From sequence record MZ726791.1: 64,000 bases of DNA; one strand, written 5' to 3'. The position numbers were made by a program, and so were the translations under genes. A model generated the notes under the pieces. That model did no database searches and had not been told where the DNA came from. It worked only from the letters and a program-made list of their open reading frames with translations. Positions 31,842 through 42,853 of the stretch are shown here, piece after piece. Position 1 is the stretch's first letter. Each line of letters starts with the position of its first letter. The stretch is from Escherichia phage vB_EcoM_ASO1A.

Positions 31842-33443
31842 ATGGACTTAAATGCTGTTAAGCAGAAGCGAGTGGAAGATGTTAGGAAAGTCCTAGCTGG
31901 AGAGTTGGGGCTTTCTGATGAAGTAAAAGAAATTATTAAATCATTCGGTAAAGACCCCTCTAAATTCCTTCCAACTCAAATTCTGACTTTATTAAGATAC
32001 ACACCAGACCAAGTTCGCCTTATCTTTAAATTGATGACTGATAAGAACTATGTAGCCCCTCAGCCGGGTTCTCAAGAGGTCTTTTTAAATACTAATGCTG
32101 ACTTGGTACTCTATGGTGGTGCTGCTGGTGCTGGTAAGACTGCCGCATTGTTAATGGACTCTTTAAGATTTATTGAAGACCCTAACTATAATGCTGTATA
32201 TTTCCGTCGAAATACAACACAGTTACAAGGTGGTTTATGGCCTGCTGCAAAGAAACTATTTGGTAAGTTTGGTGGGATTCCTCACGAGCAGAAAATGACT
32301 ATCACATTCCCTTCTGGGGCAACTATCAAGTTTACCTATCTAGAACTTGAAAAGCACGCTGAAGGTCATCAGGGTATTGAATACTCAGCTATTTACTTTG
32401 ACGAAGGTACACACTTCTCTGCTTCACAGATTTCATACCTACAAACCCGTCTACGTTCTGGTGCTGAAGGTGATTCATACATGAAGATTTCTATGAACCC
32501 AGACAGAGACCACTTTATTTACGATTGGGTAGAACCTTTCTTAGATGAAGAAGGTTATCCAGACCCTGAAAAGTGTGGTCGTATTCGTTGGTATGTAATG
32601 AATGATGGTGTGATGGTTTCTGATTGGGAGAGAGACAAGATTCTTGAAATGTTCCCTCTTGAGATTCCTCAAACATACACCTTCATCTCTGGTACAATTG
32701 ATGATAACCCAATTCTTGACTTCTTAGAACCTAAGTACCGTGGTAAGTTGGAAAACAACACTCCTGTAAACGTTGCAAGACTTCGTTTCGGTAACTGGAA
32801 GGCTCGTGCAGAAGGTTCAAATTATTGGCAAAGACAATGGTGTGAAATTGTTGATTCACTCCCAGAAGATGTATTTGATGTTAGAGCATGGGACTTAGCA
32901 GCAACTTTACCATCTGAGATTAACCCTAATCCAGACTGGACAGCAGGTGTTAAGATGGGTAAATCTAAAAAAGACGGTTGCTATTATATCATTGATGTAG
33001 TAAGATTTAGAGATAGACCCTCTGGAGTCGAAACACAAATTAATTTGACTGCTGAAAGTGACGGTAAGCGAACTGGTATTTTTATCCCTCAAGACCCAGG
33101 CGCTGCTGGTAAATCCTACGCAACATCCCTCATCAGGAAACTTGCCGAGAAAGGTTATCGAGCAAGAGCCAAACCAACAAATAAAGATAAAGTTACCCGC
33201 TTTGCGGGATTTTCTGCTGCTTCTGAAGCTGGACTTGTAAAAGTCTTGAGAGGTAGTTGGAATGAAGCTTACTTTCAAGAACTTGAAGGCTTTTGTGGTG
33301 ACGGTAAAACTAAAGATGACCAAGTGGATGCTACCAGTGATGCTTTCAACAGTCTTAACGAAGTTAAATTATTCAAGCCACCATCAATGGGTGCTCACAC
33401 AGATTTAGTGAGAGGAAACCCATATGAGGGGCTTAGACGTTGA
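31842..33443 (+). CDS. terL: terminase large subunit
   Basis: Walker A LYGGAAGAGKTAAL, Walker B-like IYFDEGTH, C-terminal nuclease-type acidic residues; ATG 31842 after GGAGG RBS. Confidence 0.8.
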   Translation: MDLNAVKQKRVEDVRKVLAGELGLSDEVKEIIKSFGKDPSKFLPTQILTLLRYTPDQVRLIFKLMTDKNYVAPQPGSQEVFLNTNADLVLYGGAAGAGKTAALLMDSLRFIEDPNYNAVYFRRNTTQLQGGLWPAAKKLFGKFGGIPHEQKMTITFPSGATIKFTYLELEKHAEGHQGIEYSAIYFDEGTHFSASQISYLQTRLRSGAEGDSYMKISMNPDRDHFIYDWVEPFLDEEGYPDPEKCGRIRWYVMNDGVMVSDWERDKILEMFPLEIPQTYTFISGTIDDNPILDFLEPKYRGKLENNTPVNVARLRFGNWKARAEGSNYWQRQWCEIVDSLPEDVFDVRAWDLAATLPSEINPNPDWTAGVKMGKSKKDGCYYIIDVVRFRDRPSGVETQINLTAESDGKRTGIFIPQDPGAAGKSYATSLIRKLAEKGYRARAKPTNKDKVTRFAGFSAASEAGLVKVLRGSWNEAYFQELEGFCGDGKTKDDQVDATSDAFNSLNEVKLFKPPSMGAHTDLVRGNPYEGLRR

Positions 33444-33459
33444 TAGCTAGGTGAGAAGA

Positions 33460-34926
33460 ATGGCAGATATTACAGAAACACAAGAAAGCTTACCACCATT
33501 TAGAATGGGTGAAGTAGGTTCTTTGGGTCTGAAGGTTAAGAATGGAAGAATCTATGAAGAACCTCGTCAGGCACTAAGGTTCCCTGAAAGTATTAAAACT
33601 TTCCAATTAATGATGCGTGACCCTGCTGTAGCAGCATCTGTAAATATTATTAAGATGTTTGTCAGAAAAGTCAACTGGAGATTCGTACCTCCAAAGGGAA
33701 AAGAGCAAGACCCTAAAATGCTTGAAAGAGCAGACTTCTTTAATTCTTTAATGGATGACATGGAGCATGATTGGGCAGATTTTATTAATTCTGTAATGTC
33801 ATTCTGCACTTATGGGTTTTGTGTTAACGAGAAAGTTTATAAGAAGCGACAGGGTAAAAAAGGAAAGTACCAGTCAAAATTTGATGATGGTCTAATTGGA
33901 TGGGCTAAATTACCAATCAGAAACCAATCAACACTTGATAAGTGGTATTTTGACGAAGACTTTAGAAAAGTTACTGGTGTTAGACAGAATCTGAGAAATG
34001 TTTCACATATTGCTGGAGCAATTAATCTTGGAGAAAGACCACTAACAAGAAAACTTCCACGAGCTAAATTCATGCTGTTTAAGTATGATGATGAATATGG
34101 AAACCCAGAAGGTCGTTCACCATTACTTAATGCCTATGTACCGTGGAAGTATAAAGTTCAGATTGAAGAGTACGAAGCCGTTGGTGTTTCAAGAGACTTG
34201 GTAGGTATGCCAAAGATTGGTTTACCACCAGATTATCTGGATGAAAATGCAGAACCTGAAAAGAAAGCTTTCGTACAATACTGCAAAACTGTTGTTAACG
34301 ATATGATTGCTAATGATAGAGCAGGTTTAATCTGGCCTAGATATATCGACCCAGATACTAAAGAGGATATTTTCGAGTTCTCATTAGTTTCTAGACAGGG
34401 TGCTAAAGCATACGATACAGGTTCTATTATTGACAGATATTCCAAGCAGATTATGATGGCATTTATGTCAGATGTTCTTGCTATGGGTCAGTCAAAATAT
34501 GGTTCATTCTCTCTTGCAGATTCTAAGACAAGCTTACTAGCAATGTCAGTGGATATTCTGCTGAAGCAAATTAAGAACGTAATTAACCGTGATTTAGTTG
34601 CACAGACTTATGCTCTTAATATGTGGGACGATGAAGAACATGTACAAATCACTTATGATGATATCGAAACTCCAGACCTTGAAGCAATTGGTTCTTATAT
34701 CCAGAAGACTGTTGCAGTAGGTGCTTTGGAAGTTGACAAAGAGCTATCTAACAAGCTTAGAGAGCATATTGGTCTTCCTCCTGCTGATGAGTCTCAACCA
34801 GTATCTGAAAAGCTTTCTCCAAATAGTCAAAGCCGTTCAGGAGATGGTTATAAGACCGCTGGAGAAGGTACTGCAAAGACACCTTCAGCGAAAGACCCAA
34901 GCACAGCAAATAAGGCAAATAAATAA
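33460..34926 (+). CDS. portal protein
   Basis: About 490-aa ORF immediately after terminase, acidic/Pro-rich C-terminus; position in module. Confidence 0.65.
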   Translation: MADITETQESLPPFRMGEVGSLGLKVKNGRIYEEPRQALRFPESIKTFQLMMRDPAVAASVNIIKMFVRKVNWRFVPPKGKEQDPKMLERADFFNSLMDDMEHDWADFINSVMSFCTYGFCVNEKVYKKRQGKKGKYQSKFDDGLIGWAKLPIRNQSTLDKWYFDEDFRKVTGVRQNLRNVSHIAGAINLGERPLTRKLPRAKFMLFKYDDEYGNPEGRSPLLNAYVPWKYKVQIEEYEAVGVSRDLVGMPKIGLPPDYLDENAEPEKKAFVQYCKTVVNDMIANDRAGLIWPRYIDPDTKEDIFEFSLVSRQGAKAYDTGSIIDRYSKQIMMAFMSDVLAMGQSKYGSFSLADSKTSLLAMSVDILLKQIKNVINRDLVAQTYALNMWDDEEHVQITYDDIETPDLEAIGSYIQKTVAVGALEVDKELSNKLREHIGLPPADESQPVSEKLSPNSQSRSGDGYKTAGEGTAKTPSAKDPSTANKANK

Positions 34927-35426
34927 TGGCTGAAGTTATCTCTATTTCAAATGCTACACGAGTGCATTCGTATAGAGGTGTTCTTATTATCACTGACAAA
35001 TTATCTGTAGGGGCTGGCTCAAGGGTCAGCCTTTCAGGTTATGTAAGTGATGGTGGAACCTCTGACGTTTTCACTATTTGTAGGTTACTTGATGCTCCAA
35101 TGAGTGGAAAACCGTTTATTTCAGGAAATTGTAGTGAAATTGTTAAAATTCCATTTGACAGTTCATGCCTTTTGGGTGTAAAGTTATATAACTGCGAGAA
35201 TAAACGTATCAATGTTAATAGCATTGAAGTCGCTTTCATTACCCTCGACACTGCATTTCAATCTCCAATGACAGTTAATAAAGAAACAAACAGACTTGAA
35301 TACATTTTTTCACAAAATGATTACAAAGTACTTGTCAAAGGCAAAGTATATGATATGATTGTAAATGTGGTAGATGAATCTGGTAACCATTCAACAGTCC
35401 TTAAACAAAAAGTAAGGTTTAATTAA
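34926..35426 (+). CDS. hypothetical head-associated protein
   Basis: 166-aa ORF between portal and protease genes. Confidence 0.45.
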   Translation: MAEVISISNATRVHSYRGVLIITDKLSVGAGSRVSLSGYVSDGGTSDVFTICRLLDAPMSGKPFISGNCSEIVKIPFDSSCLLGVKLYNCENKRINVNSIEVAFITLDTAFQSPMTVNKETNRLEYIFSQNDYKVLVKGKVYDMIVNVVDESGNHSTVLKQKVRFN

Positions 35427-35758
35427 TGGGAACATTAACTATTGATGGTAAGAATAAAATCCTCGCCACGCTAACCCCAACGACTATTATTTTACACAAT
35501 GTAGACCCAACGGCAGACCCTACAGCAAATAAGGTTACTCAGCCAGTGGCTATTTATTTTTCTGAACCGGATAATGGCTTAATTGCCTCAGAAGATACAG
35601 TTAATATTACTGTCCCAGCTTCTGCAACGGTCTCACACTATAGCTTGTGGGATGCTAACGATAAATGCGTGGCAACTGGTGCTCTTAGCAAACCTCAATT
35701 CTTTGCTGAAGAAGGTATCTATGTTATCTCTTCAGTCTCTGTAGATTTAAACAAATAG
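35426..35758 (+). CDS. hypothetical head-associated protein
   Basis: 110-aa ORF, start overlaps previous stop. Confidence 0.45.
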   Translation: MGTLTIDGKNKILATLTPTTIILHNVDPTADPTANKVTQPVAIYFSEPDNGLIASEDTVNITVPASATVSHYSLWDANDKCVATGALSKPQFFAEEGIYVISSVSVDLNK

Positions 35759-35769
35759 GGTGAGTAAAA

Positions 35770-37116
35770 ATGAGTTCGAATATCTTCAGACTTGCTGATA
35801 GATTATTCAACCAACCTTTACTAGCCACTGAATCATTAGCTCACTCAGCAGCAACTTATGTGAATAACAGATTGCTGGGTGATGTCCAAGCAGCAGTAAA
35901 CTTTGATAAACCCAAAGGTGAAGCAAGAAGTCTTTTAAAAGTAAAAGATGACATTGCTATTATTCCTATTATGGGTGGTTTAACCCATCGTATGACATTC
36001 ATTGATGCAATGTGTACAGGTGGATTAAGCTCTTATGAAGGTTTGCGTAGAGGCTTTGACGAAGCTTTAGCAGATGAGTCAATCAAGACTATTGTTCTGC
36101 ACATCGATTCTGGTGGTGGTGAAGCTTCAGGTTGCTTTGAATTAGCACGTCACATTATGGCTTCAAGAGGCCAAAAGAAAATTATTGCTTATGTAGATGA
36201 GTTCGCTTGTTCCGCTGCATACGCTCTTGCATCTTCTGCTGAAGAAATTATTGCATCACCAGATGCAGATGTTGGTTCTATTGGTGTAATTATGGTTCAT
36301 CAGGAATTAACTAAGGCATTTGAAAAGAATGGCGTAACAATTAACGTCATCAAAGCTGGTGAGTTTAAAGGTATGGGTTCACCATTCCAAGCACTCTCAG
36401 AAGAAAGCAAAGAAAGACTTCAAAAGAGAATTAATGATACCTACGCAACCTTTACAGGTTTTGTAGCCGAATCTCGTAATCTCTCTGAAGAAGCTGTAAA
36501 GAATACTGAGGCGAATGTTTATTCTGCTCAGGAAGCTCTTGAACTTGGTTTAATTAACTCAATCATGTCTCAAGATGATTTCTTAAATTACTTACAAGGT
36601 TCTGAAGAGGCTCCTGTAAGTTTAAACGTTAACAATTCAGGTGAAGAAATGACTGAACAAGAAAAGCAAGAACTAGAAGCTTTGCGTCTTCAGGTTGCTC
36701 AAATGAAAGCTAAAGAACAGGAAGCTGCTTTGTCAGATTTGACTAATAAGATTTCTGCTTCTGCTGAAGCTTTTGGATTTGATGCAAAAGAAGCTGCAAC
36801 GACTATTTTAGGTGCTGGTCTTGATAACCCTCTGAGTGTTCTGTTTATGAATGCTATGGAAGGTGCTAACCAGAAACTTAATGAAACTATCGCGTCCCAT
36901 GCTTCTGCAATGGAAGAAAAAGAATCAGAAATTACCAAGCTGAAAGAAACTGCTGGTGCTGTTCTTGAACATTCCAACGCTATGGAAGAAATGGGTAATG
37001 ACGGCGAAGCTGATTTGGTTGAAGAAGAAAAAGAACCAGCTAAGAATGCTTCCGAAGACACCGCTAAACAACGCAAACTGGCTCTCCAGAATGCTCTAAA
37101 ATCTCTTATCAAATAA
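35770..37116 (+). CDS. prohead protease (S49/SppA-like) fused to scaffold-like coiled-coil C-terminal region
   Basis: LHIDSGGGEASG and FACSAAYALASSAEEI segments resemble ClpP/S49 serine protease core; C-terminal Glu/Ala/Lys-rich helical region. Confidence 0.7.
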   Translation: MSSNIFRLADRLFNQPLLATESLAHSAATYVNNRLLGDVQAAVNFDKPKGEARSLLKVKDDIAIIPIMGGLTHRMTFIDAMCTGGLSSYEGLRRGFDEALADESIKTIVLHIDSGGGEASGCFELARHIMASRGQKKIIAYVDEFACSAAYALASSAEEIIASPDADVGSIGVIMVHQELTKAFEKNGVTINVIKAGEFKGMGSPFQALSEESKERLQKRINDTYATFTGFVAESRNLSEEAVKNTEANVYSAQEALELGLINSIMSQDDFLNYLQGSEEAPVSLNVNNSGEEMTEQEKQELEALRLQVAQMKAKEQEAALSDLTNKISASAEAFGFDAKEAATTILGAGLDNPLSVLFMNAMEGANQKLNETIASHASAMEEKESEITKLKETAGAVLEHSNAMEEMGNDGEADLVEEEKEPAKNASEDTAKQRKLALQNALKSLIK

Positions 37117-37127
37117 GGAACACAATA

Positions 37128-37505
37128 ATGGCATATCAAGGTTTTACTAAGTTAGGTAAAAGAGAACCTCTGAATGATATCATTCTTTGGGAACAGGTTA
37201 CCCCAACAGGCCACTCTCGTAAAGAGTATACTCCAAAAGCTTCTACAGAATACCGTGTAGGTGAAGTTCTGAAAGCAGATGGCTCTAAAGTTGCAGCAGG
37301 AGAAGAAGCTCAGGCTGATTCTGTATGTATCGTTAACTTTTATGCAGACCTGCAACTGTCTTACCACGGTCAGTTGAAAGTGGTTGGTATTTACCGCGAC
37401 GCAGAACTGAAAGACATGCTTACTCTTGAGTCAGATGTTAATGCTGATGAAGTCAAGAAAGCACTGGCTGCTAAAGGTATTGATTTCGTACCAACTGGCC
37501 TGTAA
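37128..37505 (+). CDS. hypothetical head protein (possible decoration protein)
   Basis: 125-aa ORF between protease and major capsid genes. Confidence 0.45.
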   Translation: MAYQGFTKLGKREPLNDIILWEQVTPTGHSRKEYTPKASTEYRVGEVLKADGSKVAAGEEAQADSVCIVNFYADLQLSYHGQLKVVGIYRDAELKDMLTLESDVNADEVKKALAAKGIDFVPTGL

Positions 37506-37538
37506 TAACAATAATAAGACATTCTGGAGAATTTTACA

Positions 37539-38642
37539 ATGTTGACTAATTCTGAAAAAAGCAGATTTTTCCTTGCTGACCTGACTGGTGAAGTCCAGTC
37601 TATCCCAAATACTTATGGGTATATTTCCAACTTAGGTCTGTTCCGTTCAGCACCAATCACCCAAACTACTTTCCTTATGGACTTGACTGATTGGGATGTT
37701 AGCTTGCTTGATGCGGTAGACCGTGATAGCCGTAAAGCAGAGACTAGCGCACCTGAGCGTGTTCGTCAAATCAGCTTCCCAATGATGTACTTCAAAGAAG
37801 TTGAAAGCATCACTCCTGATGAAATTCAGGGTGTACGTCAGCCAGGCACTGCAAACGAACTGACTACTGAAGCTGTAGTACGTGCTAAGAAGCTGATGAA
37901 GATTCGTACCAAGTTCGATATTACTCGTGAGTTCCTGTTTATGCAAGCTCTGAAGGGTAAAGTTGTTGATGCTCGTGGTACGCTGTATGCTGACCTGTAC
38001 AAGCAGTTCGACGTTGAGAAGAAGACTGTTCACTTCGACCTTGACAACCCTAATGCTGACATCGACGCTTCTATTGAAGAACTGCGTATGCACATGGAAG
38101 ACGAAGCTAAGACTGGCACTGTAATCAACGGTGAAGAAATTCACGTAGTTGTTGACCGTGTATTCTTCAGCAAACTGGTTAAGCATCCTAAGATTCGTGA
38201 CGCTTATCTTGCACAGCAGACTCCGCTGGCTTGGCAACAGATTACTGGTTCTCTGAGAACTGGTGGTACTGACGGCGTTCAGGCTCACATGAACACCTTC
38301 TACTACGGTGGTGTTAAGTTTGTCCAGTACAACGGTAAGTTCAAAGACAAGCGTGGTAAGGTTCATACTCTGGTGAGCATTGATGGTGCTGGTGCAGAGG
38401 TTGGTGTAGGACACGCTTTCCCTAACGTTTCTATGCTTGGTGAAGCAAACAACATCTTCGAAGTGGCTTATGGTCCATGTCCTAAGATGGGTTACGCAAA
38501 TACACTTGGTCAGGAACTGTACGTATTCGAATATGAAAAAGACCGTGACGAAGGTATTGACTTCGAAGCTCACTCTTACATGCTGCCATACTGTACTCGT
38601 CCTCAGTTGCTGGTAGATGTTCGTGCTGACGCTAAAGACTAA
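37539..38642 (+). CDS. major capsid protein
   Basis: 367-aa ORF directly downstream of protease/scaffold; position and size typical of HK97-fold capsid genes. Confidence 0.6.
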   Translation: MLTNSEKSRFFLADLTGEVQSIPNTYGYISNLGLFRSAPITQTTFLMDLTDWDVSLLDAVDRDSRKAETSAPERVRQISFPMMYFKEVESITPDEIQGVRQPGTANELTTEAVVRAKKLMKIRTKFDITREFLFMQALKGKVVDARGTLYADLYKQFDVEKKTVHFDLDNPNADIDASIEELRMHMEDEAKTGTVINGEEIHVVVDRVFFSKLVKHPKIRDAYLAQQTPLAWQQITGSLRTGGTDGVQAHMNTFYYGGVKFVQYNGKFKDKRGKVHTLVSIDGAGAEVGVGHAFPNVSMLGEANNIFEVAYGPCPKMGYANTLGQELYVFEYEKDRDEGIDFEAHSYMLPYCTRPQLLVDVRADAKD

Positions 38643-38663
38643 TATTCTTAAGGAGGGTTATGA

Positions 38664-39113
38664 ATGTGTTATACAGGCGACCCAGCCAATAACCCTCTTG
38701 ATAGAGTAAGAATCCTCTGCACAGACACCAATAATGATGAAATTCTTATTGAACAGTCTGTGCTAGAGTGGTTCTATCTAGAATCTGGAAAGGATGAAAA
38801 GAAAGCAGCCATCAAAGCTCTTAAATATTTACTCTTTCAAGTAGCCAAGATGGGAGATGAGAAGGTTGGTGGTGTTTATTTACGTAACTCTTCCAGATTC
38901 AAATCTCTGAAAGCTGTTTATGACGACCTTGTTAAAAGCTCTGTTTCAGGACTACCCTATGCAGGTGGTATTAATCAGTGTGACATTGATATGCGTCGTC
39001 AGAATCCTTGCTCTGTCAAGAAATACACAGAATATGGTGATGCTGCCAGATACGAAGGCAGAGATTACTGCAACCGTGTTAATGGCGTATTTATTATCGA
39101 GCGAGATGAATAA
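38664..39113 (+). CDS. head-tail connector/adaptor protein (by position)
   Basis: 149-aa ORF in head-tail joining block. Confidence 0.4.
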   Translation: MCYTGDPANNPLDRVRILCTDTNNDEILIEQSVLEWFYLESGKDEKKAAIKALKYLLFQVAKMGDEKVGGVYLRNSSRFKSLKAVYDDLVKSSVSGLPYAGGINQCDIDMRRQNPCSVKKYTEYGDAARYEGRDYCNRVNGVFIIERDE

Positions 39114-39595
39114 TGGTTAAAAGGGTTATTCACCCCGCTAGAGCAAAATTAGTCGGGGCTATGAAGAACTTGCAAACGGCTAATGCTCAAGTTGGGTATT
39201 TTCAAGAACAAGGTCAACATAGCTCTGGTTTTTCTTATCCTGCTTTAATGTATTTACAAGAAGTTATTGGGGTTCCTTCAGCTTCTGGTAAAGTATATCG
39301 TAGGTTGTTTGAAATCACTATGATGCTAAACAGACAGACCTTGTTAGAGCAGACTAAGAAGAATCTATATAAGCAACTTAGCAGTCTCAACGTAGACCCC
39401 TCAGATACCTTAGAAGCATTTGCAAAGAATGCTCAAAAGGCAATTAAAAGAGGTTTTGGTAATTCTGCTATCCTCCCTCCTAACGCACCTTCCACAGTCA
39501 AGAAAAAAGGCTTTAATGCACCTCTTGTTGAGACAGGTGACTTAAGGGATAACCTTGCTTATAAAATTTCTACTAAGAAGGGTATTAAGAAATGA
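39113..39595 (+). CDS. head completion protein (by position)
   Basis: 160-aa ORF. Confidence 0.4.
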   Translation: MVKRVIHPARAKLVGAMKNLQTANAQVGYFQEQGQHSSGFSYPALMYLQEVIGVPSASGKVYRRLFEITMMLNRQTLLEQTKKNLYKQLSSLNVDPSDTLEAFAKNAQKAIKRGFGNSAILPPNAPSTVKKKGFNAPLVETGDLRDNLAYKISTKKGIKK

Positions 39596-39993
39596 GACTC
39601 TTAAACAGACACAGCTTTGTAGTAAAGCGTAAAGTCTCTGAAGACGGTTATTATAATGATGATGGTGATTGGGTAGCTTCACAAGATATTGTAGAGGTTA
39701 ACTGTAAAGGTAATATCCAGCCATATATCAAAGGTTCTGTAAAGAATGGTACACAGATTGCTTTACCGGAAGGTATTAGACTAACCGATACAAGAATCCT
39801 GTATACTACATATAAACTTAGAACTTCAGATGATGTAGAGTGGAATGAGTCTGATATTGTTATGATTGATGGTCATGAGTATGAAGTATTTATGACTATG
39901 GATTGGTCACAGCAATTAGCCCATACATCCCATTATGAATATATCATTATTAGAAGGGATAAAATGAATGCAGTTAGAAACAGCAGAACTTGA
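39592..39993 (+). CDS. tail completion/neck protein (by position)
   Basis: 133-aa ORF. Confidence 0.4.
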   Translation: MRLLNRHSFVVKRKVSEDGYYNDDGDWVASQDIVEVNCKGNIQPYIKGSVKNGTQIALPEGIRLTDTRILYTTYKLRTSDDVEWNESDIVMIDGHEYEVFMTMDWSQQLAHTSHYEYIIIRRDKMNAVRNSRT

Positions 39994-40567
39994 AAAAGGT
40001 CTAGTTAGAACCTTAGTGGATGTTATTGGTCACAGATTAGCTCGTGATAAAAATAATAGACCAAACGTAATTAGAGCTTACCCTTCTGATAACTCAAATG
40101 ACAAAGGTTTAAAACCTGACCAGCCATTTATTACCGTATATTGTCAAGATGCTGCAACACCTTATGGTTGGGTTCTTGATAAGTTTGTTGAAGATGATGT
40201 AGTTTGTTACAGAATTGCTTTTCAGATTCCTGTATTAATTACGGTAAATGGTAAAGGTGCTCACAGTATTATGCTTGAGCTTAAACAAAGATTAGAGATG
40301 AGTTCAGTCAGAGATTTAATCCTTGAAGAAACAGGAGCTACAGTATTAGACACTGGAGCAATCCCTAACGATTACACTTATCTCAATACAGATTTCGAAA
40401 ATTCTGCGCCTCTTGTTGTAACTCTTGTAAAAAACTCAGTCCTGAAAGATGAACGTGGAAGTATTATTGAGCGTGTCATTGTTGATGGTGAGTTGGTTTA
40501 TGAAGAAGGGCAAGAGCCACCAGAATATACTATCCATCTAGATGTAGACTCCAAAGGGGTAAAATAA
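39968..40567 (+). CDS. neck/tail terminator protein (by position)
   Basis: 199-aa ORF immediately before sheath gene. Confidence 0.4.
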   Translation: MQLETAELEKGLVRTLVDVIGHRLARDKNNRPNVIRAYPSDNSNDKGLKPDQPFITVYCQDAATPYGWVLDKFVEDDVVCYRIAFQIPVLITVNGKGAHSIMLELKQRLEMSSVRDLILEETGATVLDTGAIPNDYTYLNTDFENSAPLVVTLVKNSVLKDERGSIIERVIVDGELVYEEGQEPPEYTIHLDVDSKGVK

Positions 40568-41920
40568 ATGTGGAATCCAATTGTTAATGTAGATATTACA
40601 TTGAACACCGCAGGAACTACAAGAGAAGGTTTTGGTTTGCCACTATTCTTAGCTTCAACAGATAACTTTGAAGAAAGAGTGCGTGGTTATACTTCCTTAA
40701 CTGAAGTTGCTGAAGATTTCGATGAGAATACTGCTGCATATAAGGCTGCTAAACAACTTTGGAGTCAGACTCCTAAAGTAACTCAGCTTTATATTGGTAG
40801 ACGCGCTATGCAGTACACTGTATCAATTCCTGATGAGGTTACTGAGAGCACGGACTACTCAATTACTGTAGCTGTCGGTGGGGGAATGTCACAACCATTC
40901 CAGTACACCTCACAAGGTGAAGATACTGCCGAGAATGTATTACAACAGTTTAAAACACAGATTGAAGCTGACCAATCAATTAAAGATAAAGTTTCAGTCA
41001 ATGTTACTGGTAGCAACGGTTCTGCCACAATGGTCATCTCCAAAGCTGGTGACAATGATTTCGTGAAGGTAACCACTACAGCACAAACTGTGTCTATTGC
41101 AAGCACAACTGCTGATACAGCGTCAACTGCTCTGGCAGCTATTGAAGCTTATTCTACCGACTGGTATTTCATTGCAGCAGAAGACAGAACTCAACAGTTT
41201 GTTTTGGCAATGGCTTCTGAGATTCAGGCTCGTAAGAAAATCTTCTTCACAGCTAACTCTGATGTAGCAGCACTGCAAGGTACAGAATTAAATAGTGCAA
41301 ATGATGTTCCAGCACAGCTTGCTAAGAGTATGTATACTCGCACAGTTTGCTTGTGGCATCACACAGCGGCAGAAGATTATCCAGAGATGGCATATATTGC
41401 TTATGGCGCTCCATACGATGCAGGGTCAATTGCTTGGGGTAATGCTCAGTTGACTGGTGTAGCTGCTTCTTTACAGCCAGCTAATAAGAGACCTCTGACA
41501 AGCATTCAGAAGTCAGCTTTAGATGTACGTCACTGTAACTTTATCGACCTTGATGGTGGTGTTCCAGTGGTTCGTAGAGGGATTACTTCTGGTGGGGAAT
41601 GGATTGATATCGTCCGTGGTGTTGACTGGTTAGAATCAGACCTGAAAACTTCTCTGAGAGACTTGCTAATTAACCAGAAGGGTGGTAAGATTACTTATGA
41701 TGATACTGGTATTACCCGTATTCGTCAAGTCATTGAAACCTCTCTACAAAGAGCAGTCAACAGAAACTTCCTGTCATCTTACACAGTTAATGTTCCTAAA
41801 GCCTCTCAAGTTGCTTTGGCAGACAAGAAAGCTCGTATCCTGAAAGATGTTACCTTCGCAGGTATCTTAGCAGGGGCTATCTTGGATGTTGACTTGAAAG
41901 GTACAGTGGCTTACGAATAA
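40568..41920 (+). CDS. tail sheath protein
   Basis: 450-aa ORF followed by 148-aa tube, chaperone pair and tape measure: canonical contractile-tail gene order. Confidence 0.55.
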   Translation: MWNPIVNVDITLNTAGTTREGFGLPLFLASTDNFEERVRGYTSLTEVAEDFDENTAAYKAAKQLWSQTPKVTQLYIGRRAMQYTVSIPDEVTESTDYSITVAVGGGMSQPFQYTSQGEDTAENVLQQFKTQIEADQSIKDKVSVNVTGSNGSATMVISKAGDNDFVKVTTTAQTVSIASTTADTASTALAAIEAYSTDWYFIAAEDRTQQFVLAMASEIQARKKIFFTANSDVAALQGTELNSANDVPAQLAKSMYTRTVCLWHHTAAEDYPEMAYIAYGAPYDAGSIAWGNAQLTGVAASLQPANKRPLTSIQKSALDVRHCNFIDLDGGVPVVRRGITSGGEWIDIVRGVDWLESDLKTSLRDLLINQKGGKITYDDTGITRIRQVIETSLQRAVNRNFLSSYTVNVPKASQVALADKKARILKDVTFAGILAGAILDVDLKGTVAYE

Positions 41921-41935
41921 TAGAGGTAAATTGGA

Positions 41936-42382
41936 ATGGCTATGTATCAGCAATATTCCCCTAAAGACGTTGTATGTAGCTGGAATGGTATTGCCATTGA
42001 AGGCTTTGCCCCAGACTCATTTTTACGTCTACAGAGAACATCACCACTTATCACACCAGTTGTAGGTGCAGGTGGTCAGGTTGCTCTGACAAGAAATGCA
42101 GACAAGACAGGTACTATTGAGATTGAGCTAATGCAGACTTCTCTCTCTAACCAGATGCTTTCTGCAATTCAAGCTAAACAAGACAACATGGAACTTGAAG
42201 AAGATATCTCTTCTAACTTCGTAATCTACGACCCATCAGGCTCTGTTCTGGCAACTGGTATTAATGCTTGGTTGCAGGAATTACCACAGATTGAACTTGG
42301 GCGTGACCAGAACTCTAAAACTTGGATTTTTGGTTGTGAGAAGCTAGACTATACTTCAACAATTCCAGCGTCAAGTGTTTAA
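41936..42382 (+). CDS. tail tube protein
   Basis: 148-aa ORF between sheath and chaperone genes. Confidence 0.5.
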   Translation: MAMYQQYSPKDVVCSWNGIAIEGFAPDSFLRLQRTSPLITPVVGAGGQVALTRNADKTGTIEIELMQTSLSNQMLSAIQAKQDNMELEEDISSNFVIYDPSGSVLATGINAWLQELPQIELGRDQNSKTWIFGCEKLDYTSTIPASSV

Positions 42383-42394
42383 TAAATCCTATAA

Positions 42395-42427
42395 GGGGGA
42401 GACTTTAAAAGGTCTTCCCCTTTTTTG
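42395..42427 (+). terminator. rho-independent terminator after tube gene
   Basis: GGGGAGACTTTAAAAGGTCTTCCCC hairpin followed by TTTTTTG. Confidence 0.65.
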
Positions 42428-42454
42428 TTTCTTTTAAAGTATTAAGGAATCACA

Positions 42455-42853
42455 ATGAAAACAGAATCTAGAGTAATTAATGGTAAGAAAGTAAATATCG
42501 TTCTGCTTGGGGCAAGAGATGGTATTAAGATGTCTATGAAGTTGGGTAAAATTGTTGTTCCAACCTTTGCACAGATGCTATCAAGTCTGACTGATAAAGA
42601 TAAGAAAGAAGCTCCAATGGTTCCATTTAAAGACCTTGTTGAAGCTTGTTTTGACAGAATTGAAGAAATTAACCTTGAAGAGATGGCTACCTTATTATTT
42701 CAAGGGGCAACTGTTGACGACTTCCCACTTAATATTGATACGTACTTCCAAGCAAACTACGGTGAGTTTATTGATTACTTAGCATTTGCGCTGGAGGCAA
42801 ACTTCGGAAGTTTTTTCGAAGCAAGCATTTTCAAAAGCCTAACTTCTCAGTAA
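42455..42853 (+). CDS. tail assembly chaperone (G-like)
   Basis: 132-aa ORF between tube and tape measure; slippery heptamer T-TTT-TTC at 42811-42817. Confidence 0.55.
   Translation: MKTESRVINGKKVNIVLLGARDGIKMSMKLGKIVVPTFAQMLSSLTDKDKKEAPMVPFKDLVEACFDRIEEINLEEMATLLFQGATVDDFPLNIDTYFQANYGEFIDYLAFALEANFGSFFEASIFKSLTSQ

Noticed and set aside
37647-38573. 308-aa ORF antisense to the major capsid gene
   Set aside because: Fully contained within and opposite to a strongly supported structural gene in a rightward-only module; no RBS; low-complexity product.
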